A DNA stretch of 64,000 bases from an uncultured Methanomicrobiales archaeon. GTDB taxonomy: Archaea > Halobacteriota > Methanomicrobia > Methanomicrobiales > Methanospirillaceae. Below the pieces are notes generated by a model. It was not told where the DNA came from. It did no database searches and saw only the letters and a list, made by a program, of their open reading frames with translations. Positions 1-10,412 of the stretch are shown here, one piece after another; the stretch's first letter is position 1, and every line of letters begins with the position of its first letter. The stretch spans positions 320,001-384,000 of the forward strand of contig OY969100.1 of the NCBI GenBank assembly GCA_963697895.1, written 5' to 3'. Both the position numbers and the translations under genes were made by a program.

Positions 1-743
1 GCACCTACGTGGTGGTCAAACGGATGGTCTCGGTCAGCGGGGGTATCTCGCATGCCGCGTTCGGGGGGATCGGGCTCGGGTATTACCTCGGTATCGACCC
101 GCTCCTCGGGGCGCTCGGGTTCACCCTGGCAACGGCGCTCGGGCTCGGTGTCATCACCCGGCGGGCCAGGCAGCATATTGACATCCTCATCGGGGTGGTT
201 TGGGCGACCGGTATGGCGATCGGTATCCTCTTCATCGCCCTGACCCCCGGGTATGCACCGGACCTCTTCTCATTCCTCTTCGGAAATATCCTCCTCGTAC
301 CCGCGGGCGATATTGTCCTGATGGCCATCCTGGTCACCGTCATTCTTGCCCTGGTCTTCCTGCTGTATACCCAGCTCATGGCCGTCACCTTCGACGAGGA
401 GTACGCGACGGTGATGAACCTCCCGGTACAGGCACTCTCCCTCCTGTTGCTCGTCCTTATCGCCTTCACCGTGGTGATGCTGATCCGGGTGGTCGGCATC
501 ATCCTGGTCATCGCCCTGCTCACTATTCCGGCGGCGATCAGCCGGGAATATACGTCGAGGCTTGTCCCTATGATGGCGTGGGCGGTAGTCCTCGGGACCG
601 TGTTTACAATCGGCGGTATCTGGTTCTCTTATATCTTCGATATCCCATCGGGGGCGACGATCATCCTGACCGCAGCTGCGGCGTACGGGCTCGTGCTCAT
701 TGCGAAACAGGTTCCCAAACGGATCCGGTCGGTGGAAGGATGA
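1..743 (+). CDS. Zn/Mn ABC transporter permease (ZnuB/MntB family), 5'-truncated by window edge
   Basis: ISHAAFGG, LFSFLFGNILLV, TFDEEYA and VGIILVIALLTIPAA motifs; very hydrophobic. Confidence 0.92.
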   Translation, partial: TYVVVKRMVSVSGGISHAAFGGIGLGYYLGIDPLLGALGFTLATALGLGVITRRARQHIDILIGVVWATGMAIGILFIALTPGYAPDLFSFLFGNILLVPAGDIVLMAILVTVILALVFLLYTQLMAVTFDEEYATVMNLPVQALSLLLLVLIAFTVVMLIRVVGIILVIALLTIPAAISREYTSRLVPMMAWAVVLGTVFTIGGIWFSYIFDIPSGATIILTAAAAYGLVLIAKQVPKRIRSVEG

Positions 744-920
744 GTCCGTTATCCATCATTGGAGGAGGATGAATGGTTCATGTGCCTGATTCACGGGTAT
801 GTGATCTTATCCTTGGACATCCATCCGAAAAGACCAGAGACAGATAAACGGCTATTGGAAAACAAACCCCTTCGGACCTGTTAAGTACAAAATCCCCTTA
901 TCCCCACCCATCTATCTCCG

Positions 921-2063
921 CTATCGCTGTCTGTTTCCCCTGGCAGTTCCCGGGTTATCAGCTGCTGAATCGGAAGACTTTCTGAGCCGGCAGGAACAGC
1001 GCCCGATCGTGAGCGCAACCGTCACCGCAAAGAAAGCGGTAAGGATAAAAGCGAGCAGAAAGGTGGTCAGTTCTGCAACGATCCCCATGATGACCGGGAG
1101 GACGGTCATTCCTGCATACGTCGCCGTACTCCACAGCCCCATTGCAGTTCCCTGGGATCTATCTGTCTTTGCCAGATAGGCAAGTTGTGCGACCATGACC
1201 ACTCCCGCGACGAGGCCGATCGCGATGAACCCGATCGGGGTAACAAACAGGGCAAGGACGGACAGTGCCATGGCGAGCGCGGCGATGCGGAGGGTACCGA
1301 CCGGGGGAAAACTCAGACGGGACAACAGGAGGACCCCGATGATCGTGGCGATATTCATCGCTGCTATCTGGAGCCCGAGCTCCGTGGGGTGTTCCCCGGT
1401 AAACCCGGGATAGAGGGCGGCGACAACCCCGGTAATCCCGACAAGGACGACAGCCGAGTACCAGAGCCATCGGTCGGCTTTGAGTGATTCGATAAGCCCT
1501 GCAGCAAGCGATTTTTTGTCCGGGGATGTGGCGGAAGGCTCATGGCTGTTCCGCATCAGCAGGCTCGCACCGACCGGGATGATCGTAAGCGCGGTAAACA
1601 GGACGATCCCGGCTGACTGCATGGCGACCTGCTCGACGACCCACCCGGAGACGATCAAACCGGTCACAAGGCCACCATTCAGAAGGGCAAGGAAGATACC
1701 GCTCTCTGTCGCATGATCGGGACGGGCATTCACCCATGCGAGGGCAGAGGCAACAAAAAGACCGGCACCGAACCCCTCCAGGACCCGGGCGGCCAGGAGG
1801 ATCCCGCCTGAAGAAGAACCAAGGAGAAGGAGCCCACTGATCAGTGTCACGAATAACCCGGTGCGGATCACCGGCACCGGCCCGTACCGATCCGCAAGAA
1901 GTCCCGCGGGAAGGGTCAGGATGAAGGCGCCGAGAAAATAGGCCGAATAGAGAAAGCCCTGTGCAGCCGCGCCCTCGGCAAACAGGGGAAGTACCGGCAC
2001 GATCGCATTCGAGAGCGCCATCACCGAAAATATGCCCAAAAAGATGGGGATCCGCTCTTTCAT
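921..2063 (-). CDS. MFS transporter
   Basis: Motif A GLLADRYG, ARVLEGFGAG; about 12 hydrophobic segments. Confidence 0.88.
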   Translation of the reverse strand: MKERIPIFLGIFSVMALSNAIVPVLPLFAEGAAAQGFLYSAYFLGAFILTLPAGLLADRYGPVPVIRTGLFVTLISGLLLLGSSSGGILLAARVLEGFGAGLFVASALAWVNARPDHATESGIFLALLNGGLVTGLIVSGWVVEQVAMQSAGIVLFTALTIIPVGASLLMRNSHEPSATSPDKKSLAAGLIESLKADRWLWYSAVVLVGITGVVAALYPGFTGEHPTELGLQIAAMNIATIIGVLLLSRLSFPPVGTLRIAALAMALSVLALFVTPIGFIAIGLVAGVVMVAQLAYLAKTDRSQGTAMGLWSTATYAGMTVLPVIMGIVAELTTFLLAFILTAFFAVTVALTIGRCSCRLRKSSDSAADNPGTARGNRQR

Positions 2064-3954
2064 TCAGATCATGCGGTACGTCTCGAGGTTCATCGGAGAA
2101 TGCGTCTGGATGTGATATCGTTTGTAGAGCGAACTCGCAAGATCGATTGTATTGTTTTCGTCTCCATGGATCGTAAAGATCTTTTCGGGCTTCGGTTGGA
2201 CCTGACCGACGAAATTCATCAGCTGCCGGCGGTCCGAATGACCGGAGAACCCATCTACGGTTATAATCTCGAGATTGATCACGATCGTATCGCGCCGACC
2301 GATGGGGACCTCCCGCCAGCCTTTCTGGACGCGCCTTCCCAGCGTCCCTTCTGCCTGATACCCGACAAAAACCAGCGCATTCCGATCATCTGCCGCGAGG
2401 TGCGAGAGGTATTCCATTACCGGACCGCCATTCATCATACCGCTCGTTGTGATGACCACACAGGGGCCTCCATTAATAACCTTCTCGCGGAGATCTGGCG
2501 AATCAACCGCGACAAAATACTCCGACAGGAACGGGTTCATTCCTTCCTTGAAGATCTGGTTCCGCAGGTCGCTGTTCAGGTACTCCGGATAGGTGGTATG
2601 GATCGCGGTCGCCTCACGGATCATGCCATCCAGATATATCTTCACCCGGGGGATCTTCTCCCTCCGCATCCCTTCTTCGAGGGCAAGCATGACCTCCTGA
2701 GAACGGCCGACCGCGAAAGCAGGGATGATGACCTTTCCTTCACGCATTATCACGGAACTGATCGTCTCGTACAGCTTCTCTTCCGCCTCCGCCCGCGGTG
2801 GCTGCATATCGTTGGATCCGCCATAAGTGCTCTCCATGAAGAGCGCTTCCAGGCGGGGGAATATGCTGGTCGCCGGGTTGAAGAGTCGGCTCTTCCCGTA
2901 GTTGAAATCCCCCGTGAATGCGATATTATAAAGGCCGTCACCTACGTGGAAATGCACGATCGCCGAACCGAGGATATGGCCCGCATTGTGGAAAGTCAGT
3001 TTGACATCAGGTGCGATATCGGTGACGCTCCCATAATTCAGGGTTATGGAGTGCTTGATATAATTTTTAACCTCGTTCGAGCTGTACGGCACTTTACGGT
3101 CCTCTTTATGGATCACGTCCAGGTAGTCCAGTTGCAGCATAGCGGAGAGGTCACGGGTAGGGGGAGTGACTGTACACCGGACCGTCGTATCCGTACTTGT
3201 AGAGGAGGGGGATGAGTGCGCAATGGTCCAGGTGCGCATGGGTCAGAACAACCGCATCGAGCTGACTTAAGGGATGAATCTCAGGGACGTACAGGTACGG
3301 GGTACTGTTTGTATTATCGGGTTTTTCTCCACAATCGACAAGTATCCGACTTTCCGGGGTGGAAAGAAGGAATGCCGCCCGGCCCACCTCGCGGCAGCAC
3401 CCGAGCATCGTAACCCTCACCCACTGGTCCTTGCTGGTCACATCGCGGTGGATACGCCTCCCGATAGTACGAAGAAATGTTTTCCGTTCTTCATTCACCG
3501 ATCGGAGATACTGACGTATCTGTTTCACCGTCGAGCTCTCTATCGGGGGTGTCCGGACAACCTTCGGCGTCCACCCGATATGCTTTGTAATCTCTCGCAG
3601 GGTGGCTCCGTTCTTCCCGATGACCACTCCCGGTTTCTCGGCCTCGATCAGCACTTCTCCCGTATCGGGGTCAAAATAGATATCGGTGATGCCTGCGTTC
3701 TCGGCGACCACCGATCGGATATCCATCAGCGCTTTTTCCGGATCCTCAAGCACATTCGGGCGGACGACAATCCGTTTCCGAAGGTCCCGTGCGAGCACTT
3801 TGATAAGGTCTGCCTCGTCGGCAAACCGTTTCGGGTCATCGGTATATATCACGAGCTCAGGGCCTTCAAATTCGACATCCGATACCGTGATGCCACTCGG
3901 CACCTTCTCGTTGATCTTATCCTTGAGTTCTTTCAGCCTTTCTTCTATAAGCAT
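2064..3954 (-). CDS. fttA: beta-CASP ribonuclease aCPSF1/FttA (transcription termination factor); +1 frameshift near 3168
   Basis: N-terminal KH domains ([10 protein letters not shown]), MBL motif [28 protein letters not shown]; ORFs 3151..3954 and 2064..3239 join as GPVYSTPPTRDL after removing one base. Confidence 0.93.
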
Positions 3955-3975
3955 TAAATCCGTCCTAAAAATAGT

Positions 3976-4617
3976 TTATGCGGTGAGTGCAGCGTATTTC
4001 TTCTGCACATCCTCGTCGTTCAGTTCCTGATATTTATCCCGCGTGATGACCACGACATGTATACCTTCCCCGGATGCAGAATCACGTTTCATTGCAGCCT
4101 TTAGTGCTCGAACAGCCAGTTTTATCCCTTCTTCTTCACTCATATCCGGCGTATACCGATCCTCAAGCACCCCGTATGCCATCGGGGACCCCGATCCCGT
4201 TGCAACAATGGTGTCTTCTTTTGTGGCTCCTCCCATGGCATCTACCGAATAGATCGTCGATCCCGTCTCGTCAACACCGCCGACCAGCAGCTGAACATAA
4301 TATGGATAGTATCGGTTTGCGTTCAATACGTTGGAGAGGAGCGTCGATGCGGCACCGACCGAGATCGGGCGGCCCCTCCGGATGGTATAGAGACTGCATT
4401 CCACGGTCATGACCCGGACCAGCTGCTGGGTGTCTCCCACCCCGCCAGCGGTCGTCATCCCGATCCGATCTGCAATCTGGTACACCTTTTTCGCCTTCTT
4501 GCTGGCAATAAAATTGCCCATGGTCGCCCGTTGCTCTGTTGCGAGGACGACACCGCCTTTGAAAACCAGACCAATGGTGGTCGTTCCCTTAAGCGGTTCC
4601 TGGTACTGTTCTGTCAT
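3976..4617 (-). CDS. psmB: Proteasome beta subunit
   Basis: Propeptide ending KG|TTT (catalytic Thr), ATGSGSP, RDSASG. Confidence 0.97.
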   Translation of the reverse strand: MTEQYQEPLKGTTTIGLVFKGGVVLATEQRATMGNFIASKKAKKVYQIADRIGMTTAGGVGDTQQLVRVMTVECSLYTIRRGRPISVGAASTLLSNVLNANRYYPYYVQLLVGGVDETGSTIYSVDAMGGATKEDTIVATGSGSPMAYGVLEDRYTPDMSEEEGIKLAVRALKAAMKRDSASGEGIHVVVITRDKYQELNDEDVQKKYAALTA

Positions 4618-4707
4618 TCAAGCACCCCAAAAGTATAAAACGCCGCGAAAATTCTCAAAAGCGCTTCACCACTATGATGTCATTTCAAAATTTAAATGTT
4701 TTCTTGA

Positions 4708-5559
4708 TTAGTCTCTGCAGAAGACTTTGATCAGTTCTCGGTCAAAAAGCATCGCAATTAGCCGCTTGTCTCCATTTATTACCGGAAGCTGGTCGACCCG
4801 TGCACGTTTCATCTTCAGGGCACACTCGCTGACCTCTGCGTTCTGCGGGACCGCTACGACGTTCCTGACCATCGCCGTCTTCACCGGTCTGGACGGGAGC
4901 TTGATCTTGGAGATCCCATAGCTGATCGAATGCATATCCCGGATACTCTCCCACGTCCATTCGTCGTCATCGGTACCGTTCGAAAAATCGCTCACCTCAA
5001 CGGTGTCCTCTATTGAGGAATGGCGGATCAGGTCGCGTTCTGAAATGATTCCCTGGAGCCTACTCTCCGCATCGAGGATAGGGATCGCCTCAAATCCCGA
5101 GATCTCCATGATCCTTCCGACGACCGGCAACGGAGTCTCTTCCCAGAGAGCGAACGTCTGGCTGGTATAGATATCCTTGATCTCATCTTTAATGCGGAGC
5201 TGGGCGATCGCATGGATAATGTCGGCCACCGAAAGCAGGCCGACAAGGGTACCGTCCTCCACCACCGGAAGCCTCCTGACGTTATGCTCTATCAGGAGGC
5301 GTGTTGCTTCCTCAAGAGGGGTGTCCGGAGTCGTCGATACGGGGTTTGCAGTCATCAGGAGCCCGAGTTGAGTCTCATCCGCTTTACGGAGCAGATCTTT
5401 TCTCGTGATAATCCCCACGATTATCCGGTCTTTGATGACCGGCACGCCACTGATGCCTGTCCTTTTCAGGATCTTCAGGACATCGTCGCGGTTCCCCGGG
5501 ATTTCAACACTGACCACGTCAGCGGACATGTACTCGGAGACCAGAAGATCCGTTATTAT
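4708..5559 (-). CDS. Tandem CBS-domain protein (4 CBS); start uncertain (ATA at 5559 or ATG at 5529)
   Basis: Repeated SGVPVI..VGIIT, RRLPVV..VGLLS, EAIPIL..QGIIS, DQLPVI; the upstream extension to 5829 overlaps uspA and is spurious. Confidence 0.85.
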   Translation of the reverse strand: MITDLLVSEYMSADVVSVEIPGNRDDVLKILKRTGISGVPVIKDRIIVGIITRKDLLRKADETQLGLLMTANPVSTTPDTPLEEATRLLIEHNVRRLPVVEDGTLVGLLSVADIIHAIAQLRIKDEIKDIYTSQTFALWEETPLPVVGRIMEISGFEAIPILDAESRLQGIISERDLIRHSSIEDTVEVSDFSNGTDDDEWTWESIRDMHSISYGISKIKLPSRPVKTAMVRNVVAVPQNAEVSECALKMKRARVDQLPVINGDKRLIAMLFDRELIKVFCRD

Positions 5560-5984
5560 GGTCTCACCACCATGACGGTCACCGGGGAATTCGAGACGAC
5601 GAAGGAGCTGACACTCCCCAGGAGAAGCCTGTCCACCTCGCTCCGGCCGTGAGATCCGACAACGACCAGATCGACCCCGATCTCCTGTGCCGCCTTGACA
5701 ATCTCGTTCCCGGCGTGGCCATGCTTCATATGGGTAGTGATTGTTACGCCCTGCTCCTCCGCCGCATTCTTTGCCGCCGCAAGGGATTCGCCCCCCTCCT
5801 TTTCGAGCATGGCATACATGATTTCCCACGTGTTGTCCATAGGCAGTGATGAAAAGAGCCCGGTTTCAGCGACATATATGACATGGCAACGGGCCTTCCA
5901 GGCCCCGGCCTCTTCCAGCGCGACCCGGAGTGCCTGCTCGCTGGTCTTGGACCCGTCGATTGCTATTAGTATCTGGGTGAACAT
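5556..5984 (-). CDS. Universal stress protein (UspA family)
   Basis: ILIAIDGS start; DLVVVGSHGRS..LLGSVS ATP-binding motif. Confidence 0.95.
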   Translation of the reverse strand: MFTQILIAIDGSKTSEQALRVALEEAGAWKARCHVIYVAETGLFSSLPMDNTWEIMYAMLEKEGGESLAAAKNAAEEQGVTITTHMKHGHAGNEIVKAAQEIGVDLVVVGSHGRSEVDRLLLGSVSSFVVSNSPVTVMVVRP

Positions 5985-6020
5985 GCTACCTCACAAAATA
6001 GTCTCCTTTATTAATGTATA

Positions 6021-7058
6021 TTATGAATTAAAAACCTTTTTCACTAGCTTCTCCGGAGACACCCGGTGTACCAGAGTTTTATGGATATCGCGGCTGAACC
6101 GGATATTCGATCGCGCGGGATCAACGACGAAAAAGTTCGCTTTTGATCCTTCCTCGATAAAGAACGGTTCGCCAAACAGCCCCGAGCCCCGGATTGCCGC
6201 GCGAAGGAGTTCACACGGTGGGATGCGATAAACGGCTTCAGTGAAGGACAATTCCCGGAGCATATCAGGCTGGACAAACATCACATTGTCCGTTCCAAGG
6301 AGCACAGGTATCCCGAGATCGATCATTTCGCGGATATCCGGAGTCGTGGCAGATACCGCAACCCCCAGTCGCCAGTTTGACCGGGGACAGACGACGACGG
6401 GTATTCTCTTTCCCGCGCATTCCCTCAACTGTGTCCGGGTCGCATGCGTGCAGTGGATAAGGAGATCCGGATCATACGAGAGGGCGGTATCCAGGTCATT
6501 CGGATCCCGTTCGCCGGCATGTATCGCAACCAGCTTCCCCATCCTCCGGGCAGCCGAGACCTGCTCCTCAATGTCCGGAACGTCCCGCGTGCTGCTGACT
6601 CCGAATCCCCGAGCGACCCGCTCACCGCCATCCCTTCCAAAAATGACCGGTTCACATGTGATCCCGATCAGTGCTTCCCGGAGAGCCTGTACACCCTCTT
6701 CCCCGCCTTCCCTGAAATCGGCAAAACCTGCGGTCCCTGACCCCACCATTTCATCGATACTCGCACGCATCCCGGAGACCAGCTCTGTATGGGATACCGA
6801 AGCAAGGAGCCGGTGTTTCAACCCGTGGGGCGGAGCCACCAGTTCTGCGAGATCGCCGTGGACCGGGCAGTCCATTGCCATGGTATCCCCGAGGTGCGTG
6901 TGGGCATTGAAGAAGGCCGGGCAGATCCACCAACTACCTGGTCGGGCGAGATCGTCGATCGCCGTTATCATCCCGTCCTCAACCCGAATCTCCACGGGAC
7001 GCACCTCCAGCTCTTCACCGATCATTGCATGGCCGGAGAGGGAAAACTCGTTCTTCAT
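6021..7058 (-). CDS. Metal-dependent amidohydrolase/deaminase family protein
   Basis: NAHTHLGD, IHAGE, IHCTH, CPRSN, LGTDN. Confidence 0.88.
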   Translation of the reverse strand: MKNEFSLSGHAMIGEELEVRPVEIRVEDGMITAIDDLARPGSWWICPAFFNAHTHLGDTMAMDCPVHGDLAELVAPPHGLKHRLLASVSHTELVSGMRASIDEMVGSGTAGFADFREGGEEGVQALREALIGITCEPVIFGRDGGERVARGFGVSSTRDVPDIEEQVSAARRMGKLVAIHAGERDPNDLDTALSYDPDLLIHCTHATRTQLRECAGKRIPVVVCPRSNWRLGVAVSATTPDIREMIDLGIPVLLGTDNVMFVQPDMLRELSFTEAVYRIPPCELLRAAIRGSGLFGEPFFIEEGSKANFFVVDPARSNIRFSRDIHKTLVHRVSPEKLVKKVFNS

Positions 7059-7074
7059 CGGTAACCTGACACCG

Positions 7075-7084
7075 TTTTATATAT
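7075..7084. promoter_or_regulatory. TATA box in the 48-nt divergent amidohydrolase/secG gap
   Basis: TTTTATATAT lies about 23 nt before the secG ATG and reads TATATAAAA toward the ATG at 7058. Confidence 0.55.
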
Positions 7085-7106
7085 CGAGAATGAGAAATAT
7101 GTTTGT

Positions 7107-7265
7107 ATGGCAAAAAAACCGGGTGGAAGGTTAGTATCGTCGGCAGGTCTTGTCAACTACTACGACAGCGAAGATAAGCGCGCCATCCATGTCAGTCCTA
7201 TTGCAGTGATCGTTGTCGCAGCGGCGATCGGCATCGTCATCCTCGTGCTCAATATTCTTTTCTAA
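7107..7265 (+). CDS. secG: Preprotein translocase subunit Sec61beta/SecG (52 aa; not in ORF track)
   Basis: Translated by hand: MAKKPGGRLVSSAGLVNYYDSEDKRAIHVSPIAVIVVAAAIGIVILVLNILF; SSAGL..YY motif plus C-terminal TM. Confidence 0.93.
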   Translation: MAKKPGGRLVSSAGLVNYYDSEDKRAIHVSPIAVIVVAAAIGIVILVLNILF

Positions 7266-8008
7266 CTTTTTTTGAGGATCGCCCGAAATATATCCTCATC
7301 CCGATCAAAGTACAGACGGTCATGCCCCGACCATGACGGACAGTTCCGGAGGAGCACTGCAGGGACACCATTATCGCTTTCTCCCATCACAAAGTTGGCG
7401 AATCCGGCGATCTCATCGACCACAGCCTCTTCGGTGATCTTCATTACATGACCGAACAGGTCTGTATCGCCCCTGAAGTCCCGGATCGCGGTCATTCCTG
7501 CCCATCCGATGGCATGACCGGTCTGACCTCTCCGGAAGGATCGCCCGCAGGTATCGGTGATGATGACCCCGAGGGTCTTTCCCGACAGGGATCCCATCTG
7601 GTCACGGATTGCTGCGGCGGCCCCCATCGGGTCAGGCGGGAGGAGGATGACCATCCCATCTTCTATATTGCTCTGATCGACACCGGCCCTGACACCGATA
7701 TGTCCCCAGGGCAGTTCCGACAGGACGAACGGGTAGTCTATCAGCAGATCAGATGACTCATCCAGAACAACCTGGATGAAACGGGGATCTTCACCCGTCC
7801 GGCTGGCAATACGGGTTGCACGATCACCCGGTGTGATATCCCTCAGATTGCGCACATATCCCATTGATTTCGAGTATACGGATGACGCGATCGCGAGAAT
7901 ATCCCCATCCTGAATTTTTATCCGTTCACAGATGAGTGCAGGGATGTCGTCCCCTGCCTGTATAAGCGGGAGACCCCGTATTCCCATAACCTGAATGGCC
8001 GTTTCCAT
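7262..8008 (-). CDS. cofE: Coenzyme F420-0:L-glutamate ligase
   Basis: GLPLIQAGDD, AGVDQSN, LLPPDP, IITDTCGRSFRRG, DFRGDTDLFG, VMGE. Confidence 0.94.
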   Translation of the reverse strand: METAIQVMGIRGLPLIQAGDDIPALICERIKIQDGDILAIASSVYSKSMGYVRNLRDITPGDRATRIASRTGEDPRFIQVVLDESSDLLIDYPFVLSELPWGHIGVRAGVDQSNIEDGMVILLPPDPMGAAAAIRDQMGSLSGKTLGVIITDTCGRSFRRGQTGHAIGWAGMTAIRDFRGDTDLFGHVMKITEEAVVDEIAGFANFVMGESDNGVPAVLLRNCPSWSGHDRLYFDRDEDIFRAILKKS

Positions 8009-8142
8009 GATATACCGCCGATACAGGTATCAGGGTGGTATGCTTTAAAGTGCTCGATATGCCGGTCCAGAACCGGCATATCCAAAACGACCGATCGGAT
8101 GAAGCGTAGGAATGTTTTTCATATTCAGAAACAGAACACCCC

Positions 8143-8415
8143 ATGCCGATGTTCCGCATAATCCGCTGCGGCGGATGTAAAACATTCACCTATGTCGACC
8201 GTTTCCAGGAGTGGAAACTCTGCCCGATCTGCAGCGAAACGATCGACCTGAAACGTGCGGCCACTTATCTCGAAGTAGAGGATTATCAGACCGCCGAGAA
8301 GATAGTGGCACAGCTGGAGAAGTTCCTGCAGGAGACCCGTAGGAAGGACCTCACCCGGGAGGAGCTCCGGGAGATTCGTGCACAATATGCGGAATGGCTG
8401 CGGAAAAGAGCCTGA
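8143..8415 (+). CDS. Zinc-ribbon protein (DUF1922-like)
   Basis: IIRCGGC..x12..KLCPIC followed by a charged helical tail. Confidence 0.75.
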   Translation: MPMFRIIRCGGCKTFTYVDRFQEWKLCPICSETIDLKRAATYLEVEDYQTAEKIVAQLEKFLQETRRKDLTREELREIRAQYAEWLRKRA

Positions 8416-8417
8416 AT

Positions 8418-8567
8418 CTACCAGCGCTTCCCGCACCCCGGACATATCATGGTCACCTCTCTTCCACACGAAGGGCAGTATATCCCGAGCCGGGGATGGT
8501 AGATGAGAGGTTTATTGCACTGCTTGCAGTACATCGACTCCTCGTACCCACAGGAGTGCCGGAGCAT
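8418..8567 (-). CDS. 49-aa double zinc-finger microprotein (not in ORF track)
   Basis: MLRHSCGYEESMYCKQCNKPLIYHPRLGIYCPSCGREVTMICPGCGKRW; HxC, CxxC and two CPxCG; TTATAA about 25 nt upstream. Confidence 0.8.
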   Translation of the reverse strand: MLRHSCGYEESMYCKQCNKPLIYHPRLGIYCPSCGREVTMICPGCGKRW

Positions 8568-8742
8568 ATGATTCCATTCGGATTCATGCCATTATAATGG
8601 TTTGTCCAAATCACCCGGTACACAACCCGTAAGCCCGGGAACGTTACGGGAAATCCGGTTGTTTCAGAGAAACATTTACGGAAGAAGTGCAAGATCTCTT
8701 ACGAGAACCTAATCTTTAGCTTCCCTTCCCGGAGAAATTCAC

Positions 8743-9372
8743 ATGGAAACAGATGTTGAGGAAAAACCGGTCGGATTTGGAAAAAACAGGATCGAGGCAT
8801 TGACCGACGGTATATTCGCTATTGCCATGACGCTCCTCGTTCTCGGTATTGAAGTTCCGCAGAACCAGCCGGGGCTGAGTGCCATTCAAGTGCTGATCGA
8901 CCTGATCCCCGACTTCTTCCATTATGCCCTCGCATTTATCGTCGTTGCCATTCTCTGGGTCTTCCATCACGAGCAGTTTCACCATATCCGGGCAATCGAT
9001 CGGAAGATGCTCTGGCTCAATATACTCGCCCTTCTCTTTATCGCCCTCGTCCCGTTCTCGTCGAACTATACCGATACATTCGTCCTCGAACCGGCCCCCG
9101 CGATCTTCTTTTCCATAAACCTGCTCGTCATCGGGGTGATCATCTCCTGGCAATGGACGTACGCGACAAGGGGATACCGCCTTGTTGACCGATCGCTGGA
9201 ACCGGGACTGGTGCTTCTCGAGAAAAGGAAGAACCTTATGATACCCGCCCTCGGAATTACCGCAATTATCCTTGCCATCATCGGGATCCCCTGGAGCTCG
9301 GGGATCTTTTACCTCCTCCCGTTCCTCCTCTTCCTGATGCAGAGACAGTATGACCGTTCCCCGGTCACCTGA
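8743..9372 (+). CDS. TMEM175-family (DUF1211) potassium channel
   Basis: RIEALTDGIFAIAMTLLVL signature, W..HH..F, LVPFSS. Confidence 0.92.
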   Translation: METDVEEKPVGFGKNRIEALTDGIFAIAMTLLVLGIEVPQNQPGLSAIQVLIDLIPDFFHYALAFIVVAILWVFHHEQFHHIRAIDRKMLWLNILALLFIALVPFSSNYTDTFVLEPAPAIFFSINLLVIGVIISWQWTYATRGYRLVDRSLEPGLVLLEKRKNLMIPALGITAIILAIIGIPWSSGIFYLLPFLLFLMQRQYDRSPVT

Positions 9373-9386
9373 GAGCAGCGCAACAG

Positions 9387-10412
9387 TTACCGGACCTGAT
9401 ATCGCAGCAGTGCGGCGATCCCGCCCAGCGCATCGAGTTGCTTTCCCGGGTCGAAACTGCTTGAAAATACCGTGACCTGTGCATGAGTCAGCTCTGCCCG
9501 TTCCATGAGGTGGACGATCAGCGGATCCCGTATCAGGGTATCTGAAACCAGCAGCTGTTCTGCCGCTCCAAATTCGATCGCCTGCGAAACCTCTGCGCGA
9601 CCATACGCGACTGGAAGGTCCTTGGCTATGCGGGTCAGGAATGCATCCATCAACTGCACTTCCCGGGAGAGCTGGAGGTCGCCCGCAAGCCGGTCGAGGA
9701 TCGCATCTCCGATCACCTCCTGAACCGCTCCGGCGCCGATCCTCCGGGTCTCCGCTAAAACCGCCTTTTCTGCGAGGTCGGGGTTCCGGGACCGGAGCAG
9801 GCGCATGAAATCATCTTTGATGAACCCCGGGCCGGCGATCACGAGGGGGCCGGTGATCCCCTCGAGATGATCCGCGACCCGTTCGAAGAATGCATTGCGG
9901 GAATCGATCTCGCCGCCCTTGCCGCTGCCCATGGTGATCGTGACTATCCCTTCCGGCCCGTACTGCCGCATCCTGAAGAGTTCGGCTTCTCCCTCCTCGA
10001 TCGTCAGAATGTGAACCACCGCAAAGACAGACGCCTTAACCGCACGATCAATACGCCCGAGGTCGATCGGGAGCCAGTGTTTTACGACCGAGATCTCGTA
10101 GCCCGGTTCGATGTTAAGCGTGTGGTGTGCTCCGGAATCCGGACCGCATTCGATCACCCCGGATATCCGGAGCCTGATTGCATATCCGTGGAATTCCAGT
10201 TTCTCCACCCGGATGCCAAGCCTGACCGCTTTTTTTTCCGGTTTTTCCGGCCTGATCTTATCGGCGACCGTCTCGACGGTACGGAGCGTGGTCGCGAATA
10301 CGAGGTCCCCCGGGGCGACCAGGTGCTCGAGGTGCCAGAGATCGTCGATATTTTCCGGAAACAGGCGAATTTCGCCGAACGAGTGCTGCAACTCACCCAT
10401 CTCTGCCTTCAT
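9387..10412 (-). CDS. pelA: Ribosome rescue factor pelota (aDom34)
   Basis: PENIDDLWHL, LRISGVI..HHTLNI, IAGPGFIK, GKQLDALGGIAALLRY. Confidence 0.96.
   Translation of the reverse strand: MKAEMGELQHSFGEIRLFPENIDDLWHLEHLVAPGDLVFATTLRTVETVADKIRPEKPEKKAVRLGIRVEKLEFHGYAIRLRISGVIECGPDSGAHHTLNIEPGYEISVVKHWLPIDLGRIDRAVKASVFAVVHILTIEEGEAELFRMRQYGPEGIVTITMGSGKGGEIDSRNAFFERVADHLEGITGPLVIAGPGFIKDDFMRLLRSRNPDLAEKAVLAETRRIGAGAVQEVIGDAILDRLAGDLQLSREVQLMDAFLTRIAKDLPVAYGRAEVSQAIEFGAAEQLLVSDTLIRDPLIVHLMERAELTHAQVTVFSSSFDPGKQLDALGGIAALLRYQVR

Noticed and set aside
2100-3215. 371-aa + strand ORF, and similar long antisense ORFs (13251..14258, 18806..19873, 29657..30784, 35310..36038)
   Set aside because: Shadows of well-supported genes on the opposite strand, with no motifs of their own
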